Part shown: positions 47,027 to 56,689 of the stretch, one piece after another
How positions within the stretch are numbered: the first letter of the stretch is position 1
Layout of the letters: each line of letters begins with the position of its first letter
NCBI GenBank assembly: GCA_040752915.1
Contig: JBFMHB010000001.1
Coordinates: 78,532-142,531 of the forward strand
DNA length: 64,000 bases
Direction: 5' to 3'
From: Acidobacteriota bacterium
GTDB lineage: Bacteria > Acidobacteriota > UBA4820 > DSQY01
Translations under genes and position numbers: made by a program
The notes under the pieces: model-generated
Told to the model about the DNA's origin: nothing
What the model saw: the letters and a program-made list of their open reading frames with translations, nothing else
The model's database searches: none

Positions 47027-47911
47027 ATGAAACGCCTCGTAGCCCTGTCGCTCGTCCTCGCCTTCTCGGCCGCATCCCTGGCGACCTTCGCCCAGAAGCC
47101 CCGCATCGCCGTGCTGAAGATCAGGAACGAGTCCCAATACGGCCACGGGCGTCTGGGGCCCGCCATCGAGGACTGGCTGGTGGAGAAGCTCGTCCAGTCC
47201 GGCCAGTTCCGAGTCATCGAGCGAAAAGAGCTGGAATCGGTCCTCGCCGAGCAGGAGCTCTCCTTGAGCGGAGCCATCGACGACAAGACCGCCGTCAAGG
47301 TGGGCAAACTCCTGGGCTGCCAGCTCGTGGTGATGGGCGCCGTCACCGATTTTTCCATCCGCAAGGCCGGAGGGGAAGCCTTCTTCAGGCTCGGCGTCGA
47401 CGCCAGCAAGACGACCGCCGAAGGCACCCTCAGCCTCCGCCTGGTCAACACGACCACGGCCGAGATCCTCTTTACGGGCAGCGAATCGGGCAAGGACTCC
47501 TTCGGGAAACTCCGGATCGCCGGTATCGGCGGCGGCACGGACTGGGACGAGTCCCAGGCGCGTAAGATCTTCCAGCCGGCGGTGGACCGCCTGGCCCAGC
47601 AGATCGTCAACAGCGCGTCGAGCCTCAAAGAGGGGCTCGGCGCCGCGGCCCTGGTCTCCGGAAAAGTGGCCAAGGTGAGCGACGGCAAGGCCTACGTCAA
47701 TCTGGGCAGTACGGACGGAATCCGCGAAGGACAGCAGTTCGGCCTCTTCCGGGTGGGGGAGACCATCACCGATCCCGACACGGGAAAGGTCCTCGGCCAG
47801 GAGAAGTCTCGAATCGGAACGCTGACCATCACCAAGATCGTGGGCGAGCACCTGTCCATCGGGGTGGTGGACGGAGGCGGCCAGGCCCAGGTCGGAGACG
47901 TCCTGGAATAG
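47027..47911 (+). CDS. CsgG-like (curli production assembly/transport component family) periplasmic protein
   Basis: Signal peptide. Family-like blocks PRIAVLKIRNESQYGHG, LVQSGQFRVIERKELESVLAEQELSLSGAIDDKTAVKVGKLLGCQLVVMGAVTDF. Confidence 0.6.
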   Translation: MKRLVALSLVLAFSAASLATFAQKPRIAVLKIRNESQYGHGRLGPAIEDWLVEKLVQSGQFRVIERKELESVLAEQELSLSGAIDDKTAVKVGKLLGCQLVVMGAVTDFSIRKAGGEAFFRLGVDASKTTAEGTLSLRLVNTTTAEILFTGSESGKDSFGKLRIAGIGGGTDWDESQARKIFQPAVDRLAQQIVNSASSLKEGLGAAALVSGKVAKVSDGKAYVNLGSTDGIREGQQFGLFRVGETITDPDTGKVLGQEKSRIGTLTITKIVGEHLSIGVVDGGGQAQVGDVLE

Positions 47912-47947
47912 TCCGAGGGAGCCGGCCATCCGGGCCGGGGCGAGCGC

Positions 47948-48496
47948 ATGACCGTTCCCAACATGCTCTCCATCCTGCGCATCGCGCTCATCCCCGTGTT
48001 CATCCTCGCGGTGGCCTACGGGCATCCGCGCCTCGCCCTCTGGGTCTTTCTTGGATCGGGAATCACGGACTCCCTGGACGGGTTTATCGCGCGCTTCTTC
48101 AACCAGCGGTCGGAGCTCGGGGCCTTCCTGGACCCCATGGCCGACAAACTCATGCTCACGGCCACCTACGTCGCCCTCGCCCTTCCGGAGACGGGCATCA
48201 GCCATCCCATTCCCGCCTGGGTCCCCATCCTCACCATCGCCAGGGACGTGGTGATCGTCACCCTGGCCCTGATCTTGAACCTGACCCACGGGATCAAGAG
48301 TTTTCCGCCCTCGCTCCCGGGAAAGTGCACCACCGTCGTCCAGATCTCCTACGCCGTGGCGGTTCTGATCCAGAACGCCTTCTGGTTCGACCCTCGTTTT
48401 GTGGCCGCGCTCAAGTGGGGTGTCGCCTGTTTCACGGTGTACTCGGGCGTTCACTACTTCTGGAGAATGCGCTCGTGGACACGCACCCAGCCTTGA
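47948..48496 (+). CDS. pgsA: CDP-diacylglycerol--glycerol-3-phosphate 3-phosphatidyltransferase (CDP-alcohol phosphatidyltransferase family)
   Basis: Signature DSLDGFIARFFNQRSELGAFLDPMADK (D-G-x2-A-R...G-x3-D-x3-D) and 4-5 TM helices. Confidence 0.85.
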   Translation: MTVPNMLSILRIALIPVFILAVAYGHPRLALWVFLGSGITDSLDGFIARFFNQRSELGAFLDPMADKLMLTATYVALALPETGISHPIPAWVPILTIARDVVIVTLALILNLTHGIKSFPPSLPGKCTTVVQISYAVAVLIQNAFWFDPRFVAALKWGVACFTVYSGVHYFWRMRSWTRTQP

Positions 48497-48510
48497 GCCG
48501 CCTGGGGGCG

Positions 48511-48987
48511 ATGATCGCCATCGCCACCCTCGGGCTCGCCTGCGCGGGGGGACCGCCCGCGTCCCCGCCTCCGCCCTCCCCCGCCCCGACCACGGTGGTC
48601 CTCCCCAACGGATTCACGGTCCGGGTGGAGCCCGCCCTGAACCCCCTGGAGCAGGCGAGAGGATTGATGTTCGTGGAGTTTCTCGCCCCCGACGAGGGCA
48701 TGCTTTTCCTGTTCGACACGGAGGAGGCGCGACCCTTCTGGATGAAGAACTGCAAGATCCCTCTCGACCTGGTGTGGCTGGACGCGGGGTTTCGCGTCGT
48801 CGAGATTTCTCCCGACGTGCCCCCCTGTCCCGGCGACCCCTGTCCGAGCTACGCCCCTTCCGTCCCCATTCGCCACGTGCTCGAGGTGAACGGAGGCTTC
48901 TGCGCCCTGCACGGCCTCCGTCCGGGGGACCAGCTCCTCGTGGTCGGGCTCCCGCCCCATCCAAGGGGGGAAGGGATGCCTGGGTGA
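48511..48987 (+). CDS. DUF192-domain lipoprotein
   Basis: Lipobox LGLACAGG. DUF192 blocks ARGLMFVEFLAPDEGMLFLF and FWMKNCKIPLDLVWLD. Confidence 0.65.
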   Translation: MIAIATLGLACAGGPPASPPPPSPAPTTVVLPNGFTVRVEPALNPLEQARGLMFVEFLAPDEGMLFLFDTEEARPFWMKNCKIPLDLVWLDAGFRVVEISPDVPPCPGDPCPSYAPSVPIRHVLEVNGGFCALHGLRPGDQLLVVGLPPHPRGEGMPG

Positions 48988-49032
48988 GATGAGCGGGCCC
49001 CCGTTCGCCCCTCCACCAGAAGGAGGCCCGAC

Positions 49033-49611
49033 ATGGCGCCTGGCCCCGTTTCCAGTGACCCCTTCGCGCCTCGCCTCCACGTGTACACGGGCGACGGCAA
49101 GGGAAAGACCACGGCCTGCATCGGCCTCGCGGTCCGCGCTGTCGGAGCGGGGCGAAGGGTCTGGATGATCCAGTTCGACAAGGGGTACGACGGCACGAAC
49201 GAACACTACGCCGAGCGGAAGGTACTCCGTACCCTGCCCCGCCTGAGACTCGACCCCACCGGCTGCGAACGGATACGGCCCGACGGGACCTTCCGCTTCG
49301 GCGTGACGCCTCCCGACCTCGAGGAGGCGTCACGCGGGCTCTCCTTGGCGAGGGAAGCCGTGCGATCGCGGGACCACGACCTGGTGATCCTGGACGAGGT
49401 CCTCTCGGCCCAGCAGTACCGGCTCATCCGGGAGGAGGACATCCTGGACCTTCTGAATGCGTGGCGAAGCGATGGGCAGGCGGAACTCGTCCTTTCGGGC
49501 CGGACCCGACTCCAGTCCGTCCTGGACGCCGCGGATCTGGTCACCGAGATGAGGAAGGTGAAACACTACTTCGATGCGGGCGTCCCGGCCCGCGAGGGCA
49601 TCGAGTATTGA
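49033..49611 (+). CDS. cobO: Cob(I)yrinic acid a,c-diamide adenosyltransferase (CobA/CobO/BtuR family)
   Basis: HVYTGDGKGKTTACIGLAVRA P-loop, LVILDEV, and GRT blocks typical of BtuR/CobO. Confidence 0.85.
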   Translation: MAPGPVSSDPFAPRLHVYTGDGKGKTTACIGLAVRAVGAGRRVWMIQFDKGYDGTNEHYAERKVLRTLPRLRLDPTGCERIRPDGTFRFGVTPPDLEEASRGLSLAREAVRSRDHDLVILDEVLSAQQYRLIREEDILDLLNAWRSDGQAELVLSGRTRLQSVLDAADLVTEMRKVKHYFDAGVPAREGIEY

Positions 49612-49805
49612 CGGGGCCTGCGGCCTCGGATTCCCCCCTCGTAAACCCCTGGAAGGCCCCGGGCCCGGCCGGCCCCGGACAGGGGCCTCCCGGCCTGCCC
49701 CCGCCGGCGACCCCATCTCATTGACAGCAGGTGGGTTCCGGGATACAATCGGTTCAGATTTCGTCTTCGGGCGGGATCAAATCCAAGATCGGGAGGTACA
49801 CGTAC

Positions 49806-51584
49806 ATGTCGGTTACGGAAGAACGGGACCATCAGGGTCCAGGTGCGCCCTTTGAGGTGCCCCAGGAGTGGCTCGACCTGAACTCCGACAACATCGGGGA
49901 AGAGAGCCAGGTGGATATGGGGGCGCTCCTCAAGGCCCAGGTGGCCGATCATAGCGAACGGCACCTCATCCGCGGCCGGGTGGTCGCCATCACGCCCACC
50001 GACGTCCTCATCGACGTGGGTCTCAAGAGCGAAGGCGTGGTGCCCAAGGAGGAGTTCCTCAACGCGCGCGGCGAACTCGCCGTGGCGCCGGGGGACGAGG
50101 TGGAGGTCTTCCTGGAGCGCTTGGAGGACCAGAACGGGCACGTGGTTCTGAGCAAGGTCAAGGCCCAGAAGATGAAGGCCTGGGAAGAGGTGGAGCGCGC
50201 CTACAAGGAAGGGCGTCCCATCAAGGGCATCATCCTGGACCGGGTGAAGGGCGGCCTGGCGGTGGACGTGGGCGTTCGCGCCTTCCTCCCCGGCTCCCTG
50301 GTGGATCTTCAGCCCATCCGCAACCTCCGCGCCCTCAAGGGCCAGGAGGTCGAAATGCGGGTCATCAAGGTGAACCGCAAGCGCGGAAACATCGTTCTCT
50401 CCCGCAAAGCCTACCTGGAAGAAAAGGTCTCGGTCCAGAAGGAAAGGATCCTCGAGGCCGTCCAGCAGGGCGTCCCCCTCCGCGGCACCATCAAGAACCT
50501 CACGAACTTCGGCGCCTTCGTGGACCTGGGCGGCATCGACGGCCTGCTTCACGTGACGGACATGTCCTGGAAGCGGGTGAACCACCCCTCCGAGATGTTC
50601 CAGGTCGGCGATCAGATCGACGTCCTCGTTCTGAACTTCGACGAAGAGACGGGGAAACTCCAGCTGGGCTTCAAGCAGCTCGAGCCCTCCCCGTGGACGA
50701 ACGTGGGCGACAAGTATCCCATCGGGATGAAGGTCCGGGGCCAGGTCATCTCCCTGACGAACTACGGCGCCTTCGTGGAACTGGAGCCCGGCATCGAAGG
50801 CATGATCCACGTTTCCGAAATGTCCTGGACCAAGAAGGTCAAGCATCCCTCCGCCGTCCTCAACGTGGGCGACATGGTCGAGGTGGTGATCCTGGACGTG
50901 GACGTGGAGGCCCAGCGCATCTCCCTCGGCCTCAAGCAGGCCGAACCCAATCCCTGGGACATCATCACGGAGACCTTCCGTGAGGGCGATCGGGTGACCG
51001 GCAAGGTGCGCAACATCACCGATTTCGGGGTCTTCGTGGAGGTCCTCGACGGAGTGGACGGCCTCGTCCACATTTCCGACCTCTCCTGGAAGCGGATCAA
51101 CCATCCCAGCGAAGTGCTGAAGAAGGGGGACGACGTCTCGGCGGTCATCACCAACATCGACGCCGTGAACCAGCGCCTTTCCTTGAGCATCAAAGCCCTC
51201 CTGCCCGACATCTGGGAGCAGTTCTTCCAGAATCACTACGTGGGCGACGTGGTTCCCGGCGCCGTCACGAAGATCGTGGACTTCGGCGCCTTCGTGGACC
51301 TGGGCGACGGTGTCGAGGGGCTCGTCCACATTTCCGAGCTATCCGACAAGCACATCACGAGCTGTTCGGAGGTGGTGGAAGTCGGACAGAGCTACCCCTT
51401 CAAGATCATTCGTCTCGAGCCCCACGAAAAGCGCATCGGCCTCTCTCTCAAGGAAGGCCAGAGGCGCGAGCGCCAGGCGAGGGAGCGTGAGGACGACCCG
51501 CAGTACCGTCCGGCCGAGGACGGTCGGGTGAGCCTCGGGGACGTCCTGGATTTCAGCGGGTTCCAGAAGAACGGAGAGGAGTGA
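49806..51584 (+). CDS. rpsA: 30S ribosomal protein S1
   Basis: Start at ATG 49806 (MSVTEERD) with a GGGAGG RBS. Six S1 repeats (GRVVAITP.., GIILDRVKGG.., GTIKNLTNFGAFVDLGG.., GQVISLTNYGAFVEL.., GKVRNITDFGVFVEV.., GAVTKIVDFGAFVDLG..). Confidence 0.95.
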   Translation: MSVTEERDHQGPGAPFEVPQEWLDLNSDNIGEESQVDMGALLKAQVADHSERHLIRGRVVAITPTDVLIDVGLKSEGVVPKEEFLNARGELAVAPGDEVEVFLERLEDQNGHVVLSKVKAQKMKAWEEVERAYKEGRPIKGIILDRVKGGLAVDVGVRAFLPGSLVDLQPIRNLRALKGQEVEMRVIKVNRKRGNIVLSRKAYLEEKVSVQKERILEAVQQGVPLRGTIKNLTNFGAFVDLGGIDGLLHVTDMSWKRVNHPSEMFQVGDQIDVLVLNFDEETGKLQLGFKQLEPSPWTNVGDKYPIGMKVRGQVISLTNYGAFVELEPGIEGMIHVSEMSWTKKVKHPSAVLNVGDMVEVVILDVDVEAQRISLGLKQAEPNPWDIITETFREGDRVTGKVRNITDFGVFVEVLDGVDGLVHISDLSWKRINHPSEVLKKGDDVSAVITNIDAVNQRLSLSIKALLPDIWEQFFQNHYVGDVVPGAVTKIVDFGAFVDLGDGVEGLVHISELSDKHITSCSEVVEVGQSYPFKIIRLEPHEKRIGLSLKEGQRRERQAREREDDPQYRPAEDGRVSLGDVLDFSGFQKNGEE

Positions 51585-51588
51585 GGTC

Positions 51589-51867
51589 ATGACGAAGGCT
51601 GACCTGATCGAACTGGTGGCCAAGCAGTCCACCCTGCCGAAGAAACCGGCGGAGATCATCGTCAACACCATCTTCAAGGCCGTGACCGACGCCCTCGAAA
51701 GCGGAGAGAAGGTCGAACTCCGCGGCTTCGGGAGTTTCCGCATGAAGGTGCGGGAGGCCCGCACGGCCCGCAACCCCAAGACCGGCGAAAAGGTCCAGGT
51801 CTCACGGAAGAAGGTCCCCTACTTCCGGGCTGGCAAGGAACTCAAGGAAGCGGTGAACCGTCACTGA
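51589..51867 (+). CDS. ihfB: Integration host factor beta subunit / HU-family DNA-binding protein
   Basis: MTKADLIE, GFGSF, RTARNPKTGE (HU arm). rpsA-ihfB synteny as in E. coli. Confidence 0.85.
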   Translation: MTKADLIELVAKQSTLPKKPAEIIVNTIFKAVTDALESGEKVELRGFGSFRMKVREARTARNPKTGEKVQVSRKKVPYFRAGKELKEAVNRH

Positions 51868-51969
51868 ACCCGCGCGGGGCGGGGGCCCCAGCGGGCTCCC
51901 CGCCCCCACCGCCGCTCGGCCGCCCCGGGTCCCGGCGGGGCCCGGGGCCATTTCTGCGGGGGCGCGACC

Positions 51970-52464
51970 ATGGAGATCGTCTTTTCGCCCTGGCGCCTTC
52001 AATACGTGAAGGATCCCGACAAGCAGGCCGGCGGGTGCGTGTTCTGCAAGGCCTTTACCGATCCGCCTTCGTTGGACAACCTGGTGGTGTACCGCGACGG
52101 CGCGACGGCCGTTCTCCTGAACAAGTTCCCGTACACGAACGGCCATCTCCTCGTGGTCCCCAGGGCCCACGTGGACACCCTCACCGGCCTGGACACCGCG
52201 GCCCGGGCTTCAGCCATCGAGACCGTCGCGTATTGCGAGCACCTCCTCAGGCGGGTTTACAACCCGCACGGATTCAACGTGGGCCTCAACCTGGGCGAGG
52301 CGGCCGGGGCCGGAATCATCGACCACCTGCACTTCCACATCGTGCCCAGGTGGACCGGAGACACGAACTTCACGACGCTCTTCGGCAAGCTCCGGGTCAT
52401 CCCCGAGGATCTCCAAGGCCTTTTCGAGCGCCTCCGCGTCGAATTTCCGGAGAAGATCGGGTAA
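51970..52464 (+). CDS. HIT (histidine triad) family hydrolase
   Basis: CVFCK zinc-binding motif and the histidine triad HLHFHIVPR. Confidence 0.9.
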   Translation: MEIVFSPWRLQYVKDPDKQAGGCVFCKAFTDPPSLDNLVVYRDGATAVLLNKFPYTNGHLLVVPRAHVDTLTGLDTAARASAIETVAYCEHLLRRVYNPHGFNVGLNLGEAAGAGIIDHLHFHIVPRWTGDTNFTTLFGKLRVIPEDLQGLFERLRVEFPEKIG

Positions 52465-52470
52465 CCCCCC

Positions 52471-52875
52471 GTGCGCGAGAGCCGTACCGCCGATCGCGTC
52501 GTTCAGTGGTTGGACCGGGCAACCGAGGCCCGCCGGGCGTGCCTCCGCTCGGCCTCCGAGGGCAGGGTTTACGACAGCGCCCTCTCGGCCTTCGACTCGG
52601 TGCGATTCGCCCTCCACGGCGCCGCCGAAGCTCACGGCATCGCCTCCCGTGAAGGAGACAGCCTGCTGGCCCTGGCCGAGTCCCTCTCGAAGGCCACGCA
52701 ATTCGGGTGCATCCCCTGCCGATTCTCCTCGCTCCTCGTGCTCGGGCAGGACCTCCGGGCCGCCGGATATCCCCCGGACCGCGTGCGGCGGATGCTGCCG
52801 AAGGCCCTGGAGGTATCAGAGAACCTGGCCCACCTGGCCCTGGCAAGGGTCCCCGAGGCCTCCCGGCAGGACTAG
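52471..52875 (+). CDS. Hypothetical alpha-helical protein (GTG start); low confidence
   Basis: 134-aa ORF immediately after the HIT gene on the same strand. No motif recognised. Confidence 0.3.
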   Translation: MRESRTADRVVQWLDRATEARRACLRSASEGRVYDSALSAFDSVRFALHGAAEAHGIASREGDSLLALAESLSKATQFGCIPCRFSSLLVLGQDLRAAGYPPDRVRRMLPKALEVSENLAHLALARVPEASRQD

Positions 52876-53381
52876 TCCCTCCCCTTCCGATCTCTGCCCC
52901 TCCCATCCTCCAAGGGATTCTCCGGCGCGGAGAACCCCCCTCGGACCTCCGGGTGGCGGATCTGCCCTCCCAGGTTCGCGGCCCAGGTCACCAGGCCGGC
53001 GGCGGCCAGGAGCAGGACGAGGCAGAGGGCGGTGGCCCTCCGGCCCGGCGATTCCGCTTTCCGTTGAAGGAGGAGAACCGCCCCCGCGGCGAGGCCCGCG
53101 ACGGCCATCGCCAGAAGCGCGGCAAGGGCCGCCTCCTCGTGAGCCTCCAAGATCGCGTGGGGCATTTCCGGAAAATCTTCCACAACCTCCTCCGCCTCCC
53201 GTCCGGAAAAGAAGGCGAGGAGGGCGGCGGGCGCCAGCAGGAAACTGCCAAGAAGCGAGGCTCGCCGTAGCTCGGCGCTTCGCCTGACGAAGGCCCACGC
53301 GCCCAGGGCCAGCACGAAGAACGCGCCCATGACGGGCGCGTGGTTCACGATAAGGTGCAGGTGGGCCCAGTTCATCGCCAT
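52872..53381 (-). CDS. Hypothetical membrane protein (3-4 TM helices)
   Basis: Hydrophobic helices (APVMGAFFVLALGAWAFV; LLGSFLLAPAALLAFF; ALLAMAVAGLAAGAVLLL; LCLVLLLAAAGLVTWAA). Divergent from pfk. Confidence 0.5.
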   Translation of the reverse strand: MAMNWAHLHLIVNHAPVMGAFFVLALGAWAFVRRSAELRRASLLGSFLLAPAALLAFFSGREAEEVVEDFPEMPHAILEAHEEAALAALLAMAVAGLAAGAVLLLQRKAESPGRRATALCLVLLLAAAGLVTWAANLGGQIRHPEVRGGFSAPENPLEDGRGRDRKGRD

Positions 53382-53516
53382 CTCCTCGAAAAAAATATGC
53401 CGTTAGAATACTCCAAACGCTCCTTCGCCGCAGTCCATTGCCGGAGGCCTGCTCCCGCCGTATACTCGGGTCTCAGGCATCAGCGGCGTGCGTTTCGCCT
53501 TTTTGGAGGTGCGTCC

Positions 53517-54725
53517 ATGGTCGGCTCCTCGTTCACCGGTCCCGCCGGTGGCCCGAAGGTGGGGATGGTCTTTTCCGGCGGCCCCGCGCCTGCCGCCAAC
53601 GCCGTCATCTCGGCGGCCGCTCTCGGTTTCCTGGACCACGGAATCGGAGTCCTGGGGTTCCTCGACGGGTTCTCCCGCCTGGAGAGGTGGGATGGGTCCG
53701 AGGGGTCCCGGCTCGAGCCCGGCCGTGACTACCTCGTCCTCGACGACTCGATCTCCACGATCCGGAACCACCGGGGCATCTTCCTCCGGTCCTCGCGGGC
53801 CAATCCCGGCAAGTCCGTTCGAAGCCGCGGCGACCTTGAGGACGCGTCCAAATCCTCCAAGCTGCGCGCCATCGTCAGCGGGCTGAAGGCCCACGGCGTT
53901 GGCGCCCTTCTCACCATGGGCGGCGACGACACGCTGAAGACGGCCAACTTCCTCCACCTTCTCGGGATGCCCACCATCCACATCCCCAAGACCATCGACA
54001 ACGACTACTATGGAATCGCCTGGACCTTCGGATTCTGGACGGCGGTGGACTCCGCCCAGAAGGCCCTTCTCAACCTGAAGGCCGACGCCGACTCCACCAA
54101 CGCCTACTTCCTGGTGGAGCTCATGGGGCGCAAAGCCGGCTGGATCACCTACGCCGCGGGGGTGGCGGGCGAAGCGTGCGACATCCTCGCCGCCGAGGAC
54201 GTGGACGGAGACGTGGACCCGGATGCCCTCGCCTCCCGTTTCGCGGACCTGATCATCCGGAGGGAGAAGGCCGGGCGCACGGCTGGACTCATCTGCATCG
54301 CGGAGGGCCTCGCGGACCGCCTCGGCGAATCCCACCGTCCCCGGGAGGTGGACGCCCACGGGAACGTGTACTTTGGCAAAGCCGAACTCTGCAGAAGCCT
54401 CGCGGAAAAGACCGCGGCCCTTTATACGGAGCGGACGGGACGGATCAAGAAAGTCAATCCGAAGCAAATCGGATACGAGACGCGCACGGCCCCACCCATC
54501 TCCTTCGACGTGGTCCTGGGTTCCATGCTGGGCCACGGGGCTTTCCGGCTTTATCAGGAAGGCCGCTTCGGGTGCATGGTGAGCGTGGAGGACCAGTTCC
54601 AGATTCGCGCGGTGCCCTTCGCCGACCTCATCGATCCGGAAACCCTGCTCACGAAGATCCGCCTCGTGGACCGGGACAGCGACCTCTTCCGATTGAAGGA
54701 CGCCCTCTCCTACCCGAGGGGCTGA
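53517..54725 (+). CDS. 6-phosphofructokinase (PfkA family; possibly PPi-dependent)
   Basis: Start at ATG 53517 with a GGAGGT RBS. GGPAPAAN (variant of the GGPAPGMN ATP-site motif; the Gly-to-Ala change is sometimes associated with PPi-PFKs), MGGDDTL, IPKTIDNDY, and MGRKAGW. Confidence 0.85.
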   Translation: MVGSSFTGPAGGPKVGMVFSGGPAPAANAVISAAALGFLDHGIGVLGFLDGFSRLERWDGSEGSRLEPGRDYLVLDDSISTIRNHRGIFLRSSRANPGKSVRSRGDLEDASKSSKLRAIVSGLKAHGVGALLTMGGDDTLKTANFLHLLGMPTIHIPKTIDNDYYGIAWTFGFWTAVDSAQKALLNLKADADSTNAYFLVELMGRKAGWITYAAGVAGEACDILAAEDVDGDVDPDALASRFADLIIRREKAGRTAGLICIAEGLADRLGESHRPREVDAHGNVYFGKAELCRSLAEKTAALYTERTGRIKKVNPKQIGYETRTAPPISFDVVLGSMLGHGAFRLYQEGRFGCMVSVEDQFQIRAVPFADLIDPETLLTKIRLVDRDSDLFRLKDALSYPRG

Positions 54726-54806
54726 GGGCGGCCCGGGGTTCTCGCCCCGTGACGCGGGAGGGGCCTTCCGTGATAAGATAGGCGCTGGTCTGAGGAGAGG
54801 GAACCC

Positions 54807-55559
54807 ATGTCCGGTCACAACAAATGGGCCAATATCAAGGCGCGCAAAGGCTCCCAGGACGCCAAGCGCGGTAAGATGTTCACCAAGATCGCCAAAGAGA
54901 TCATCGTGGCGGCCAAGCTCGGCGGAGGCGACCCCGATAACAACCCGCGGCTTCGGGCGGCCATCCAGGCGGGCCGGGCCATCAACATGCCCAACGACAA
55001 CATCAAGAGGGCCATCTCCCGCGGGACGGGTGGCGAGGGCGCCGAGGCCATCGAGGAAATCCTCTTCGAAGGATTCGGGCCCGCCGGCGTCGCCATCATG
55101 GTGGAGGTCCAGACCGACAACCGGAACCGTACCACCGGCGAGATCCGCCATCTGTTCAGCAAGTACGGGGGGAACATGGGCGTCCCCGGTTGCGCTGCCC
55201 GGAACTTCCAGCGGCAGGGGCAGATCACCGTGGCGGGCGAGGGGCTCACCGAGGAGAAGGTCTTCGAGGCCGCCATCGAGGCCGGGGCGGAGGATGTTCA
55301 GAGCGACGGCGATACCTACACGGTCGTCACAACCTTCGAATCCCTCAACAGCGTGAACGATGCGCTCGTCAAGGCCGGCCTCCCGGTCACCGGCTCCAGG
55401 CCCGCGTACGTCCCACTCCTGACCGTCCGCCTCCAGGGGGACCAGGTGAAGGGCCTCCTCAAGCTGGTGGACGCCCTGGAGGACAACGACGACGTGGCGG
55501 CCGTTTGGGCCAACTTCGACATCGACGACAAGGACCTGGAGGCTTTCGAGGCCGGATGA
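54807..55559 (+). CDS. yebC: YebC/PmpR family probable transcriptional regulator
   Basis: MSGHNKWANIKARKG, KIAKEI, and GFGPAGVAIMVE — a full-length DUF28/YebC family match. Confidence 0.9.
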   Translation: MSGHNKWANIKARKGSQDAKRGKMFTKIAKEIIVAAKLGGGDPDNNPRLRAAIQAGRAINMPNDNIKRAISRGTGGEGAEAIEEILFEGFGPAGVAIMVEVQTDNRNRTTGEIRHLFSKYGGNMGVPGCAARNFQRQGQITVAGEGLTEEKVFEAAIEAGAEDVQSDGDTYTVVTTFESLNSVNDALVKAGLPVTGSRPAYVPLLTVRLQGDQVKGLLKLVDALEDNDDVAAVWANFDIDDKDLEAFEAG

Positions 55560-56050
55560 TCGCGCTCGGGGTGGACTCGGGCTCCCGGTGCACCGGTTAC
55601 GGCGTCGTGGAAGGACGCGGGCCCGCCCACCGGGCGCTTGCCTTCGGGGCCGTGCGGTTGTCCCCGGATCTGCCCCACTCCGAACGGCTCGCCCTCATCG
55701 GCGAGAGGCTCCGCGCTCTCATCGGGGAATTCCACCCGGAAGTCCTGGCCCTCGAAGGGGTCTTCATGGCCGAGAACGCCCAGAGCGCGCTCAAACTGGG
55801 GCAGGTGCGAGGGGCCGTCATGTTGACCGCCGCCCAGGTGGGCGTGCCTGTCTTGGAGATTTCGCCGGCGGAAGTCAAGGCGGCCGTCACCGGCTACGGC
55901 CGGGCGGAAAAGGTTCAAGTCCAGAAAATGGTCCAGGCCATCCTCGGTTTGCCCAAGCCTCCGACGCCGCTCGACGCCTCCGATGCGCTCGCCCTGGCCA
56001 TCTGCGCCCTGGCCCGGAGCCGGCTTGGGTCCGTCGGAGCCCCAAGATGA
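55556..56050 (+). CDS. ruvC: Crossover junction endodeoxyribonuclease RuvC
   Basis: ATGA overlap with yebC. MIALGVDSGSRCTGYGVV, LEGVFMAENAQSALKLGQVRG, and DASDALALAICA are the RuvC catalytic blocks. Confidence 0.9.
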   Translation: MIALGVDSGSRCTGYGVVEGRGPAHRALAFGAVRLSPDLPHSERLALIGERLRALIGEFHPEVLALEGVFMAENAQSALKLGQVRGAVMLTAAQVGVPVLEISPAEVKAAVTGYGRAEKVQVQKMVQAILGLPKPPTPLDASDALALAICALARSRLGSVGAPR

Positions 56051-56634
56051 TCGGGCGCCTCCGGGGGAAACTCCTGGAGCGCGAGCCCTCCGGCCTGGTG
56101 GTGGAAGCGGGCGGCGTGGGCTACCAGGTCCAGGTGCCCCTGACCACCTTCACGCGGCTCCAAGAAGACACGGTGGACCTTTACATCCACACGGAGGTGA
56201 GGGCCGACGCCATCCTGCTCTTCGGCTTCCTCACCCGCCCCGAAAGGGAAACCTTCCGGAGACTCATGGCCGTTCAGGGCGTGGGTCCCATGACGGCTCT
56301 GGCCGTGCTCTCGGGACTCACGTTTGACGAGCTTCTGGCGGCCATCCGGGGTGGCGACACCCGAAGGCTCCAGTCCATCCCGCGCGTGGGCAAGAAGACC
56401 GCCGAGCGGATCTGCCTCGAACTGCGGGAGAAGATGTCCGATTTCGGCGGGATCTCCCTCCCGGGGACCCCAACCTCCACCCTCGGCGGCGAACTGACGG
56501 ACGCGCTGACGGCCCTGGAGAGCCTCGGATACAAGACCGCCCAAGCCGAAAAGGCCCTCGCCGACGCGCGCGCTCAGGCGCCCGCCGGACCCATCGAGAC
56601 GTGGATCCGCCTCGCCCTCAAGTCCTTGTCCTGA
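56047..56634 (+). CDS. ruvA: Holliday junction branch migration protein RuvA
   Basis: ATGA overlap with ruvC. MIGRLRGKL, GVGYQVQVP, VQGVGPMTALAVLS (HhH), IPRVGKKTAERI (HhH2), and a C-terminal domain III. Confidence 0.9.
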   Translation: MIGRLRGKLLEREPSGLVVEAGGVGYQVQVPLTTFTRLQEDTVDLYIHTEVRADAILLFGFLTRPERETFRRLMAVQGVGPMTALAVLSGLTFDELLAAIRGGDTRRLQSIPRVGKKTAERICLELREKMSDFGGISLPGTPTSTLGGELTDALTALESLGYKTAQAEKALADARAQAPAGPIETWIRLALKSLS

Positions 56635-56689
56635 ATCACGAGGAGCGCCCGGCCCCAGGGGCCTTGCACCGCCGGCCGCGGGCGGGAGG

